From a virus: a stretch of DNA of 64,000 bases. Of the stretch, positions 47,456 through 57,640 are shown in pieces. Position 1 is the stretch's first letter, and each line of letters opens with the position of its first letter. The position numbers and the translations under genes were made by a program. The stretch is taken from the IMG/VR virus record IMGVR_UViG_3300048580_000372, positions 1 to 64,000 of that record; one strand, 5' to 3'. The notes beneath the pieces were generated by a model. It saw only the letters and a list, made by a program, of their open reading frames with translations. It was not told where the DNA came from and did no database searches.

Positions 47456-49488
47456 TATTTAACCCTCTTCTTGCTTTGTAATACAGCAGCAGCCACAGCC
47501 AACATTTTTTCATCAGCGCCTTCTCCAGCCAATTTTTCTGCTTGTGCCTTTATACTATCTTGGTCAATCGCATCACCAGTTATAGTGTCTGGATTTTCCA
47601 CAGCAGCCACATAATCTTCTATTTCATTGCCAGTTAATTCTTGTTCTGGGTCTGTATGTTTTGTTTGGCTATTAACAGCTTTTATTGTTTTAACATCAGC
47701 TTTTTTTGCAGCCAAAAGTTCTTTATCAACTTGTCTAACAGTTTTAGTTGTTTTCAAATCATTTTCTTTTGGTTTTACCAACTTTGCTTTTAATTCTTTT
47801 GCTTCTTCAGGTGATAGTTCTTCTTTTGGATTTTTATATTCTGGATTTTGCTGAATAAATTCTTTTGCTTCGCCTTGTTCAACATTACCATTTTTCAATT
47901 CTAATTCAAACACATCACCAACTGTAGTGGTTTCTTGTTCAGATGTTTCATCGCCTGTAGGGGCATCTGTTGGTTCTGCACCATTTTTATTTAATTCATT
48001 TGCAGTATTAATAACTCTGGCAATATCATCATCAGATAAATCCCCTTCAAACAACACGTTGGTATGCCCTTTTAATATTTGTTCAGTAAACCAACCTTCA
48101 AATAATAATTTATCCAAATATCTTTCTAATTTTATTGACTCACCCAAGTCAATTGGTTTGCCTTGTGCTACAGTTATCTTTTTATCATTGTATAATTTTC
48201 TAAACAATTCTAAATCTTCAGAATTTCCAATTTTTGGTGGTGTAATGTTATTTTTCTTAAACCAAGAATTAAATTTCCCATCTTTATCAGCCTTGCGTTC
48301 ATCAGTCCATTGTTTATATTTTTGTGCTAATTCATCAATAACATTGGCTTTTTCAAATGCAGCAGCAGCAGCAGCTGGGGACAATTTACTTGAAAGATAA
48401 ACCATCAAATCTTTAGATTTATCACCTGTTCCATTAGACTCAGACCATTTTGTAAAATCCTCAACTGAACATTGATTATCAGATTCTTCATCTTCATCTG
48501 TGCCAATCTTCGCATCAATTTTATCTTTGAATTTTGTATAAACAGCATTTGTAACTTTAATAAGGTCTTCAACTGATAATGCTGCTTTTGGATCAATTTT
48601 TTTTGGTTTTTCTGTTCCTTCTGGATTCTGTTTCGCATCAGCATTTCCTTGTTGCTGGTTTTCTTCACCATCTTCTTTTAATATATTATTTTTATATTTT
48701 TTACTTTCAGTCAATGCCTTGGCAATTGCTTCCTTAACTTCTGGTTCTGGTAACCCAAGACTTTTGTAATATGAAACTATATTGTCATATGTTATTTTAT
48801 TAATATCAACCCCATTCTTTTTACACCAACCAGTCATGTCTGTTTTCAAACGATTGGAATATTGTTTTTTGACAGGACCACCTTCTCTTCTATTTTCACC
48901 GCCCTTTTTTCCTTCTAAATCTTCATCACTATCGGCGTGCATATTACGCAATGCAGCCCCAATACGTTTTTGGGTAGCTGGAGATAAATCTTTATCAGGT
49001 TTAAATGCCAAATAACCTTGTTTAATCATTACATCAGCCAAATTACCCAAAGCATCCTTTAATTCTTGATCTGTAAAAGGAATGGGTACACGTTTATTTG
49101 CACCCCCATATTGCACTAATACCTTTTTAAAAAGACTACGAGCAGCTGCACTCAATACAGTACTTTCATCAATGTTAAATTCTCTTGAACACCATTCAAC
49201 AAACCCTTCCGGATAAACGTTCAATTTACCATCCTTTGTTTTAGCACAAGCACCTTTAGCTGTTCCACCAGTTATATAATCAGCATCTTCTATATGATCA
49301 GCAGCGAACTGTTTAATACCACTTTCCATGCTATAAATCATTTTTACAACTTCTTTCTTTAAAATTAAAGACTTCAATGAATCATCACTAACAATTGCAG
49401 CAGCTGCGCTCCCTGCTGTACTCAAAGTATTCTTCAATTTACTCATAAATGATATTTCATCTATTCTTTCTATTTCATATGCTCTCAT
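47455..49488 (-). CDS. Large hypothetical late protein with MRAYEI N-terminus
   Basis: 677 aa ORF. Confidence 0.7.
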   Translation of the reverse strand: MRAYEIERIDEISFMSKLKNTLSTAGSAAAAIVSDDSLKSLILKKEVVKMIYSMESGIKQFAADHIEDADYITGGTAKGACAKTKDGKLNVYPEGFVEWCSREFNIDESTVLSAAARSLFKKVLVQYGGANKRVPIPFTDQELKDALGNLADVMIKQGYLAFKPDKDLSPATQKRIGAALRNMHADSDEDLEGKKGGENRREGGPVKKQYSNRLKTDMTGWCKKNGVDINKITYDNIVSYYKSLGLPEPEVKEAIAKALTESKKYKNNILKEDGEENQQQGNADAKQNPEGTEKPKKIDPKAALSVEDLIKVTNAVYTKFKDKIDAKIGTDEDEESDNQCSVEDFTKWSESNGTGDKSKDLMVYLSSKLSPAAAAAAFEKANVIDELAQKYKQWTDERKADKDGKFNSWFKKNNITPPKIGNSEDLELFRKLYNDKKITVAQGKPIDLGESIKLERYLDKLLFEGWFTEQILKGHTNVLFEGDLSDDDIARVINTANELNKNGAEPTDAPTGDETSEQETTTVGDVFELELKNGNVEQGEAKEFIQQNPEYKNPKEELSPEEAKELKAKLVKPKENDLKTTKTVRQVDKELLAAKKADVKTIKAVNSQTKHTDPEQELTGNEIEDYVAAVENPDTITGDAIDQDSIKAQAEKLAGEGADEKMLAVAAAVLQSKKRVK

Positions 49489-49490
49489 GG

Positions 49491-49742
49491 TTAAATTCTC
49501 TTTTTAGTAGTTTCTTTGAATTCACGTATCTTACGAGTAAATTTTCTTGGGTCTTCACCACGAACAGCCAAATCAATCCTCTTAATTAATTCTTCAGCTT
49601 CTTCAGCAATAAATTTATTCCTAATCTCTTGTTTAATATTAATTAACGCAGACACAGCATTCACCACACGTTGTTCGATAATCTGATGTTTATTGCGCTC
49701 CGGTATAATGGAATCTAATTCGTCTATTATGTTTCTAATCAT
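49491..49742 (-). CDS. Small hypothetical phage protein
   Basis: IIDELD...AEELIKR....RGEDPRKFTR. Confidence 0.7.
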   Translation of the reverse strand: MIRNIIDELDSIIPERNKHQIIEQRVVNAVSALINIKQEIRNKFIAEEAEELIKRIDLAVRGEDPRKFTRKIREFKETTKKRI

Positions 49743-50239
49743 TTATCCACCTTCCTTAATAAGTCTTCTAAACTTGAACTTGCCAACAAATAACCTTGTT
49801 CTACACCGTAATCTATATCAGAATTACCAGAATTCTCCTTTAGATAAGACCACTTCTGAATCAATTCCCTAATACCTTCAACTAATTGATCATATTTTGA
49901 ATTAACATTATTACTACTTCCTTCAAATTGACTTTCAGTTATAACAGAAACAAAACCCGGTAATGAACGCCATGCAACATTTTCTAAATCTGTACTTGAA
50001 ATTCTAATAAAACGTTCTTCAATAACTTCATTCCAAATACCATTGTCTAATATTAATTCACTACTATCAATGGCATTATCACCATCATCCATTTCCAATA
50101 AATAAAACATATCACCAGTTGGCAATAATGGTTCATCAACTGCTTCAAATGTTGTTTCTTCTATATAGTCTTCAACAGCTTGTTCGGTTAAATAAATATA
50201 CTGTCTTAAATCGTTGGGATGATTCATCCAATTCTCCAA
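49739..50239 (-). CDS. Acidic hypothetical protein
   Basis: 166 aa; GATAAATA upstream. Confidence 0.6.
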   Translation of the reverse strand: MENWMNHPNDLRQYIYLTEQAVEDYIEETTFEAVDEPLLPTGDMFYLLEMDDGDNAIDSSELILDNGIWNEVIEERFIRISSTDLENVAWRSLPGFVSVITESQFEGSSNNVNSKYDQLVEGIRELIQKWSYLKENSGNSDIDYGVEQGYLLASSSLEDLLRKVDK

Positions 50240-50288
50240 ATGTTTAATAGTTATATTTTATTTATCCTTTTTTTAAAAAAACAAGATT

Positions 50289-51692
50289 TTATTTTTTCTT
50301 CATGAAATTATCACGCAATGATTTGCCTTTAACAGCAACAGTATCATCTGTTTTCTCTTGTGATTGTGTTTCTTCAGGTTGTCCAGCACCACGACGCAAT
50401 TTATTAATCAAATCTGTAGATGATGTTGTAGCTATACTTGTCCCTGCAGCAGATGCATCCTCGTCCTTATCAGAAATACAAAGTGTTTCAGGATCAAAAC
50501 TCAAATAACCCTTCATACCAACACCACCAGATGAACGTGTTTTCAAAAATTGTACCTGCATTTCACCACGACCACGCATTGCGTCAGTCATCAAAATACC
50601 AATAACGTTATCAGAGGTATTAATCTTTGACACACCACCAGCGATATGGGTAAAATCAAATTCTAATTCTGACATACCTTCACGGTTAACCTGTGATGCA
50701 GTAACCAATAACATCTTATACTCAATAGCCAATCCACGCAATTCTTCAGACACAAATTTATCTTTGATGAACAGATTACTTGGATCAACTTTTTTGTTGT
50801 TTGGAAACATAAGGTCCAAATAGTCAACCACAATAGCATCAGGTACATACCCATATTTGATTTCATACTCTTTCAAATATGCCCGCAATTCTAAAGTCGA
50901 ACCACCCTGTGGCATTTGTTTGGTAACAAGACTACCCTTGGTCTTTCTTGCTTTTGCACCAATCTTTAATGCTGTTTCCTCAAGGTTCTTCATAATATCT
51001 TTTTGTGGTGTTCCAACCAACATCGAACCCAAACGTTTGTTGATTAATGCCTCAGACAATTCAAACGAAAAATAAACAACGTTCAATCCAGCCATTGCCC
51101 AATTCAACGCAACGTTCTGCATAATAAGACTCTTACCACCACCAGAACGAGCGATGAAAACATTCAATTCCCCACGATTGAAACCACCATAAAGAACCTT
51201 GTCAACCATTTTAAATCCAGTGGATTGGGTACCGTTGTTGGTTTGCATGTCCTCTAATGATGATTGGAAATCTTTGAAAAAATCAGAACCCAAATCTTTG
51301 TTTAACGATATCAAAAGGGCATCCTTTAACCCTTGCTCAACGTCTGCGTACTTACCCTTCTCAATTAATTCTGGGGCTTCCATGATACGATTGGACACAG
51401 CCTTATGACGACAAAATTTTTCAATCTCAGTTAATATAAATTGTTGTTCTGGTAATGTTATCTTTAATGGCTCAATGTCAATGTTTGTTTTGGCTTTTAA
51501 TATTTCTTGACTTGGAACAGCATGATATTTTTCAGCATAATCTAAAATAAAATCAACAGTTTTTTGTAACCGCTCATCAAAATATTCTTTATTTAATATA
51601 CCAACACACCTTGTGAAAATAGTATCATCACCTAAAAAACAATTAATAAAAAGTTTCTGTGTTTCAAAATTATATTCTAAATTATCATGCAT
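50289..51692 (-). CDS. Replicative DnaB/T4 gp41-like helicase
   Basis: Walker A ARSGGGKS, FSFELSE, VVDYLDLM, TASQVNR, KTRS. Confidence 0.92.
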   Translation of the reverse strand: MHDNLEYNFETQKLFINCFLGDDTIFTRCVGILNKEYFDERLQKTVDFILDYAEKYHAVPSQEILKAKTNIDIEPLKITLPEQQFILTEIEKFCRHKAVSNRIMEAPELIEKGKYADVEQGLKDALLISLNKDLGSDFFKDFQSSLEDMQTNNGTQSTGFKMVDKVLYGGFNRGELNVFIARSGGGKSLIMQNVALNWAMAGLNVVYFSFELSEALINKRLGSMLVGTPQKDIMKNLEETALKIGAKARKTKGSLVTKQMPQGGSTLELRAYLKEYEIKYGYVPDAIVVDYLDLMFPNNKKVDPSNLFIKDKFVSEELRGLAIEYKMLLVTASQVNREGMSELEFDFTHIAGGVSKINTSDNVIGILMTDAMRGRGEMQVQFLKTRSSGGVGMKGYLSFDPETLCISDKDEDASAAGTSIATTSSTDLINKLRRGAGQPEETQSQEKTDDTVAVKGKSLRDNFMKKK

Positions 51693-52792
51693 TAACGATT
51701 ACCTCCTACCAACATTCCTTCTTTTACTTTTATTTTCATAACATCATTGTCATTATTACTACCTGTTATGTTATCCATTACAGTTTTCAACACCCATAAT
51801 CTACCATATTTAGCCACAGCATCTGCAGCATCTTTAACATTCTCATCCCAAGATTGCCAAGGGAAGCTAACCAACCAATTATTCTTTATTGCAATATCAG
51901 TCAAATGTTTTCCAGCTTTATCCCTATCTGGTAATATGATAACTTTCTTACCATATGAATTTATCCAGTTAATTTGTTCCTTGGTTAATGTTGAACCCAA
52001 ACTTGCCATACACCCCAACGATATTGCATCCAACACACCCTCAACTATTAATAGATAATCACGAGTTTCCATAAGATTACAATTGAATATATAATCCTTT
52101 GGTGTGTACCCAACATATCTAAAGGTATTTTGTGGTTTACAAGTTCTTGCATGGAACCCAACAAAATGTTCTTTCCAAAAAAATGGAATTATGATTCGGT
52201 GGTTTATATCTTTAAAATTCATTCCCTGCCCAGAATATGGGGCTGGTGTCCAATAAAAATCATAATAATTAATTAAATCTGAATTCCTTGAATCCAAATA
52301 TGTCAACACTTCAATAAAATCGTCTGGTGGATTGGTTGACGTTGCCCAAAAATTAATATCCTTGGCACCACTTGGCCAAGCAATCGGGTCAAATTTCAAC
52401 TTGGCAGAATATGCATTCAAATATTCTTTTTGTGTCGGGTCTTGTTGAACAACTTGTTGTAATTGCCAAGCCTTGAAATTCAACTTTTTAATTTCATCTT
52501 CTGTGAAAGTCAATGATTTTAAATATTTTTTAATTCTGGCGTTTAATTGTTGCCCCGGCGTGAATACAGTTTTAAATCCACAATTAAAACAATTGATAGT
52601 AAACGAACCATTGCCAATAATTTTTAAACCACCACGCATACGTGTGTCAGGGCGAGATTGTCCATTCGCTGTACAAACAGGACAATTATATGATAACCAA
52701 GAACCCGGTGTTTGATGACGTTTGGATGGCAATCTACTCGTTATTGCATCCAAAAGAAAATTTATATTGTATTCAGATATGTCGTGTGTCAT
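51692..52792 (-). CDS. DNA primase (T4 gp61-like)
   Basis: Zn finger CPVC...CFNC; RIIIPF; TOPRIM VEGVLDA and PDRD. Confidence 0.9.
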   Translation of the reverse strand: MTHDISEYNINFLLDAITSRLPSKRHQTPGSWLSYNCPVCTANGQSRPDTRMRGGLKIIGNGSFTINCFNCGFKTVFTPGQQLNARIKKYLKSLTFTEDEIKKLNFKAWQLQQVVQQDPTQKEYLNAYSAKLKFDPIAWPSGAKDINFWATSTNPPDDFIEVLTYLDSRNSDLINYYDFYWTPAPYSGQGMNFKDINHRIIIPFFWKEHFVGFHARTCKPQNTFRYVGYTPKDYIFNCNLMETRDYLLIVEGVLDAISLGCMASLGSTLTKEQINWINSYGKKVIILPDRDKAGKHLTDIAIKNNWLVSFPWQSWDENVKDAADAVAKYGRLWVLKTVMDNITGSNNDNDVMKIKVKEGMLVGGNR

Positions 52793-52852
52793 TTGTTCCT
52801 ATCCATTATTAATAAAACCATAATAATAGATAGTGTGGTATGAAATCAATAT

Positions 52853-53338
52853 TTAATACTCAAAAAGAATAAGATTATGTTCTCGCAATGTTGGTATTGT
52901 AATTGCAACAAAGCTGTTATCATCACTTTCTTTATTCTTTTTATGAATCATATCAATCTTACCAGAACCAATCAAAAGCAATAATTTTTGAATATCAAAA
53001 CAAACAGCCCATAAGAAATCTGTTTGACGATAGTTTGATATACCATAAATAAAAATATCAGCTTTGATTTTTGAAAATTCGCCTGCACGTTTTTCAGCAC
53101 CATTTTCATAACGAATGGTTACATCCTTATAAGGACTGTATTTTGCATTCCGAAAACGCTCTTGAATGGTTAAATGTTTGTCACCAAGCATTGCCACATA
53201 ATCAATCTTGTCATGATAATCTTTGTGGGTTCCAACTTCACTTTTAATGTTATCAAATCCCCATTCTGGATATAGTTTCGTTAATGCAACATCGTGCATC
53301 TTATTGGTGAAATTCATTGATGTTTGGGAAAATGTCAT
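52853..53338 (-). CDS. Possible PD-(D/E)xK nuclease-fold protein
   Basis: D.IDY.......IQERFR-type motif. Confidence 0.45.
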   Translation of the reverse strand: MTFSQTSMNFTNKMHDVALTKLYPEWGFDNIKSEVGTHKDYHDKIDYVAMLGDKHLTIQERFRNAKYSPYKDVTIRYENGAEKRAGEFSKIKADIFIYGISNYRQTDFLWAVCFDIQKLLLLIGSGKIDMIHKKNKESDDNSFVAITIPTLREHNLILFEY

Positions 53339-53398
53339 AATGGTAATCCTTTCATTGATTATCCATTATCATAACTGCGATGGCAGTTGAATGTCAAA

Positions 53399-53860
53399 TT
53401 ATTTGTTTTTGGTGAATACTAAACCATACCCACCCCAATTGGTCCCTTCAACTGTATCAAAAAATACTTTGTATCCGTCAGATGTTATAAAAACAGTTGA
53501 ATTTGGAGAAGCTGTTATTGAATCATACCAATTCTTAAATTCGTCTGCCATTTCTTGTTTGATTTTATAATCAACAGTTCCACCAATTTTTACAAAGGTT
53601 TGAAAAAATCTACTAAAGCCATAAGAACCACCAGGAACTTGTGTTTTTGGGGCATACTCGATCATCCCACTTTGTTTGGCTAAAAATTTAGTGGAATCTG
53701 GGGCAGATGGAATGGAACGTCCATCGTTGACATATTGTTGATATTCTGCAACTTGTTCTTTCATGAATTCTTCAGCACCTTCAACCAATTCAATACTACT
53801 AATAACATCATCAAATGGTGATTCCATCAAATTCATAAATTTTCTAATATCTTGTCCCAT
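53399..53860 (-). CDS. Protein with DIRKFMNLME N-terminus
   Basis: AAGGAG SD. Confidence 0.65.
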   Translation of the reverse strand: MGQDIRKFMNLMESPFDDVISSIELVEGAEEFMKEQVAEYQQYVNDGRSIPSAPDSTKFLAKQSGMIEYAPKTQVPGGSYGFSRFFQTFVKIGGTVDYKIKQEMADEFKNWYDSITASPNSTVFITSDGYKVFFDTVEGTNWGGYGLVFTKNK

Positions 53861-53872
53861 AATCGTTTCTCC

Positions 53873-54772
53873 TTAAACAGCTTTTTTCAATTCATAAGTT
53901 ACCAATTTAGCTTGACCTTGATTACCCGGCATTGGCTCAAGCATAATTCGCCAATAGTTCAAATCTTCTTTTATCAAAAATTCAGTCACACCAGTTGTAT
54001 TCATTACAGATATAAAATTTCTATCTAAATCCTCATCCAATTGTATATATTTCCAATCTGTACCATCAGGATTACTATCATTATTACTATTAGTCAATTG
54101 TTGATGGTCATTTTTTTGAATATAAATGTTTCCACTAAAATTGTCCATATACACCTTAATGGAATTCCAATATTGTCCAGCCAAATCTCTATTAACATTT
54201 CCCTTTATAGCAGAACTTACTCTTCTGGTGTTACCTTGTCCCAACCCAGTATTCCAGCCATAATTCATAATAGCGAAATTTAATGGATTGAACGATTGGA
54301 CATTTAAACTTGATTGATATAATGGTGCCTTCAATGTTATATGTCCTGTGCAACTTTGGACCATATCTGTGAATAATGGGAAAGTATAATCGTTTTGATC
54401 TGTCAAGAATACTGTGTAATTATATCCACCCAATGACCATGTTTGTGTATCCGCCATATTAATGGTAAGGTTGGCTGTCCCTTTATATTCATCAACAACT
54501 GTCAAAACTTTATCCAAAACTACTTCACCATTATCAGGGTTACTAACTATAATTTTTAAAACTTTACCAACAAGAACAACAGCTTTACGGTCAAGCGAGC
54601 GTATGAAAAAATTTAAAACTTGGTTGGCTCCTTTATGGATGATAAATGCATTATTACTCATTGGGTAATTCTCCGTAAATTGTTTGCGTAATGGTTCAGT
54701 TTCGTTGCCAAGCGTTCCATCCCTAAAAGTAAGGTTAATATTAATATCATAAGAATATAGCGTGTTCAACAT
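53873..54772 (-). CDS. Putative virion structural protein (beta-sandwich)
   Basis: IHKGANQ.LNF.I...DRK...G.YNY pattern; GATAAATA upstream. Confidence 0.55.
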   Translation of the reverse strand: MLNTLYSYDININLTFRDGTLGNETEPLRKQFTENYPMSNNAFIIHKGANQVLNFFIRSLDRKAVVLVGKVLKIIVSNPDNGEVVLDKVLTVVDEYKGTANLTINMADTQTWSLGGYNYTVFLTDQNDYTFPLFTDMVQSCTGHITLKAPLYQSSLNVQSFNPLNFAIMNYGWNTGLGQGNTRRVSSAIKGNVNRDLAGQYWNSIKVYMDNFSGNIYIQKNDHQQLTNSNNDSNPDGTDWKYIQLDEDLDRNFISVMNTTGVTEFLIKEDLNYWRIMLEPMPGNQGQAKLVTYELKKAV

Positions 54773-54917
54773 TTTTAAAATTCCCTTTTTATTTTATTTA
54801 TCAAATTTTTTATTTACAAGATTCATTTTTTGTTCATAAATAAATTAAATATACAGTTAATGACTAAATGATTGATATAAATACTTTATTAGCTTTTTTT
54901 AAAAGGAACCAACAAAA

Positions 54918-55307
54918 ATGTCAGAAGAAAAGAATATATACCAAATATTGACTGAAAAATTCCCATTTTTATCATATGGAACCTATAATGAGGAAGATTA
55001 TGTTGGAATTATTCAAAATCACGACACAACATTTGTAATGATGTACGTGTATAATAAAATTCAAGATGAAAAATTAAAAAAATTATTCTTGGAATATTCA
55101 GATGAATATTATTGGTCAAGTAATCGCTTGGTACCAATCAATATTTATTTCCGTAACAGATTTAAAGTTTTCACCCCATATCTAATGGCATTCTCTGCTA
55201 AAGATTTTAATCTAATATGTGGACCATCACCATCAATTGATGCCTACATGTCAAAGAGAATTAAAAGAAGAACTGTGGCATTAGTATCAACTAAAAAAAT
55301 TAGTTAA
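54918..55307 (+). CDS. Hypothetical phage protein
   Basis: FPFLS...YVGIIQN...W.SNR.VPINIY. Confidence 0.7.
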   Translation: MSEEKNIYQILTEKFPFLSYGTYNEEDYVGIIQNHDTTFVMMYVYNKIQDEKLKKLFLEYSDEYYWSSNRLVPINIYFRNRFKVFTPYLMAFSAKDFNLICGPSPSIDAYMSKRIKRRTVALVSTKKIS

Positions 55308-55914
55308 ATTGCTCCAAAATCAAATTCATCTGAACAATAACCAATGATGCATAACCATACGCATGACTCTTTTTGAAACCATATTGAGCCTCTTCTTCAT
55401 CAGAACCAACTTGAACAGGTTCCCAAATAGATTTTTCAATTTCATCCCAAGATTTGTCAATCAAATATTTCTTACCTGGACGAATCAATGCCAACACCAT
55501 TGCCAATTGGTCAATGTTTTTAGGTTTTAATTTTTTCAACAAATCAATTTGCCCATGAAGCTGAAATATAGGCTCACCAGTTTTAGCCCCAGATACAACA
55601 TCATCTTCTTCCAAAAGTTCCCACACAGGTTCTTGATTTAACATTCGTTCCAAATGTTCTTCATCTTTGATTTTACTATATATGAAAACATTCAAAAAAT
55701 CTACCTTCATATATCCACGAGCATTAGCATCACGATAGTCAATTGATGAATACCCTGTCAATGGATCAACCATTGGTGTGTTATAAAAATAAACACCTGT
55801 GTTATGCTTGATAGTTTCTGTCTGTTTGATAATTGTTGCAGGGACATGTGGAACACAAGCCAATGCCTCGTCCCTGTTGGCGAAATCAATGTCAATGTCA
55901 AAAAGTTTTCCCAT
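55300..55914 (-). CDS. Miniature DnaE (Pol III alpha)-like protein
   Basis: DIDIDF, H.TGVY, GYMKVDFL, ALIRPG, YGFKKSHA..Y are C-family polymerase motifs, compressed into 204 aa. Confidence 0.8.
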   Translation of the reverse strand: MGKLFDIDIDFANRDEALACVPHVPATIIKQTETIKHNTGVYFYNTPMVDPLTGYSSIDYRDANARGYMKVDFLNVFIYSKIKDEEHLERMLNQEPVWELLEEDDVVSGAKTGEPIFQLHGQIDLLKKLKPKNIDQLAMVLALIRPGKKYLIDKSWDEIEKSIWEPVQVGSDEEEAQYGFKKSHAYGYASLVIVQMNLILEQFN

Positions 55915-55917
55915 GTT

Positions 55918-56196
55918 CTACTCCATTATAAAAGTTAATCTAAACAACATTTCATCTTTACTGTGAATAAATTTTATCTTCATTGCACAATTGGCTTGTT
56001 CTATCATTTCAACCTCAACTGGTCGTTCTTCTAACCAGTCGTATGCCCGCTTACCTTCTGATGAACCTTCCCAAATAACATAAATATTACCTTTTTCAAC
56101 ATATATAGCACTATCAAACCCTAACAACGAATCAACCTCTAATGATGTCAATACTCTATTTTCATTTTGTGGGTCAGGATGTTTGATTATTATCAA
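55918..56196 (-). CDS. Hypothetical protein
   Basis: Coupled ORF in the replication block. Confidence 0.5.
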   Translation of the reverse strand: MIIIKHPDPQNENRVLTSLEVDSLLGFDSAIYVEKGNIYVIWEGSSEGKRAYDWLEERPVEVEMIEQANCAMKIKFIHSKDEMLFRLTFIME

Positions 56197-56486
56197 AACT
56201 TAACGTCCATTTTATTATCAAGTTGTTCTTTGACAGCTTTTAATTCATCAATCAATCCATTTACTGTGGCTATTAAAACTTTTTGATTAGCAGTTACTTC
56301 ATGAAGTTTCTTTTTCAAAAGCCCATTTTCTTTTTCCAAATCATTCATAGACGATAGTGTTGGAACATCAATGAAACTCTCGCCTAATTGAATTCTCGAT
56401 ACTTTACTATTGAGTTGTCTACTTTTCATCTCCAATATTATTTTTTGTGCTCTTGGTGGCGCAGTCCCTGAATATTGTTTTGTCAT
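56193..56486 (-). CDS. Small coiled-coil protein
   Basis: GGAG SD, heptad pattern. Confidence 0.6.
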   Translation of the reverse strand: MTKQYSGTAPPRAQKIILEMKSRQLNSKVSRIQLGESFIDVPTLSSMNDLEKENGLLKKKLHEVTANQKVLIATVNGLIDELKAVKEQLDNKMDVKF

Positions 56487-56947
56487 TTAATCTCCCTCTT
56501 ATTCAATTTAACCCAATAGCGTTGTTCTTGTTCTTGGCGTTCTTTTTCTTGTTTTTTGGTTATGCTAATATGTTCTTTAATCAAACGCTCTTTATTAGCA
56601 GTATGATATTTATTATTTTTCTGTTGTTCTGCCAATTCTTCAGTATGACACAAACGAACAAGCATTTCCAATTCTTTCAATTTAGCCTTGACAGCAGGAT
56701 GTTCAGAATTAGCTGCAACGTTCAACACAGGCTCTTGGAGATATGGATTAATATCCAATGGTGGTTGCCCATAACTTTCAATATCAAGATAGCCATACAT
56801 TGAATTCATCATTTGCTTTAAAGTGTTTCTTGCGGTCCTTGTAATAGACTGTTGCAGATATGTTGATTTACCATGTGAATATAATTGCATCACAGAATTA
56901 TTCTGGTGCCCATATATCATGCTATTAAAAATTGAACTATTTGACAT
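56483..56947 (-). CDS. Hypothetical protein
   Basis: 154 aa with SD. Confidence 0.55.
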   Translation of the reverse strand: MSNSSIFNSMIYGHQNNSVMQLYSHGKSTYLQQSITRTARNTLKQMMNSMYGYLDIESYGQPPLDINPYLQEPVLNVAANSEHPAVKAKLKELEMLVRLCHTEELAEQQKNNKYHTANKERLIKEHISITKKQEKERQEQEQRYWVKLNKREIK

Positions 56948-56959
56948 TTTATCTTCCTT

Positions 56960-57640
56960 TCATATTCCTGCATTATCACAAGTGTCTTTAACAAATTTAA
57001 CATCTTCTTTCTGTCTTGCAAACTTTAATTTCCAAAATTTTGGATTAACAGTCTCATAAATTTTAGTCAATTGTTCATCGTCCATTCGCTTGAATAATTC
57101 ATCTGCAGTGTTGGCATGATATAGAACCCATGGACTAATACGCCCAGATTTTATCCATTGAACCGCAACGTTAGTATTCAATTCCCTGAAAAAATCAGTC
57201 CAAAGTTTATCATGCTCAAGTGCCCATTGTTCCATCAACAAAATGGTTCGCTCAAGAGATACTTCTGGTGGTTCTTTTTTAGATACCTCTCGCAGATACA
57301 TCTCATATACATGGTCCTTAACCCAATCATCTATCCTTACAGTGTTTTTAATTATAAAAGTAATAAAATTTTCAGGTGATATTGCTTGAATATCAATAAC
57401 ATGTTTCCCAAACCTTACAAATGCATTATAAAGTTTGTCATTACAAAATTTATCATAAGATGCATCGCCACGGATTTTATTATACTTTCTAAAAAATAAC
57501 CAAGTCTGAAAACCAATTCTAACATTGGAATCTTGTTTCTGAATATGACGCAATTTTTTAGTACAAAGATGATCCACCAAAGTTTTAGCTCTGGCAAATT
57601 CTTTACCACAAAATTCACAATGATACTTTTCTTCTGTCAT
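56960..57640 (-). CDS. Zn-finger-containing phage protein
   Basis: N-terminal CEFC.K.F.....L..HLC; GRISPW. Confidence 0.7.
   Translation of the reverse strand: MTEEKYHCEFCGKEFARAKTLVDHLCTKKLRHIQKQDSNVRIGFQTWLFFRKYNKIRGDASYDKFCNDKLYNAFVRFGKHVIDIQAISPENFITFIIKNTVRIDDWVKDHVYEMYLREVSKKEPPEVSLERTILLMEQWALEHDKLWTDFFRELNTNVAVQWIKSGRISPWVLYHANTADELFKRMDDEQLTKIYETVNPKFWKLKFARQKEDVKFVKDTCDNAGI

Noticed and set aside
27357-48400. Long plus-strand ORFs antisense to late genes (e.g. 27357..27947, 42444..43100, 47927..48400)
   Set aside because: They are shadow frames of the minus-strand genes, Ser/Phe/Leu-rich and without SDs.
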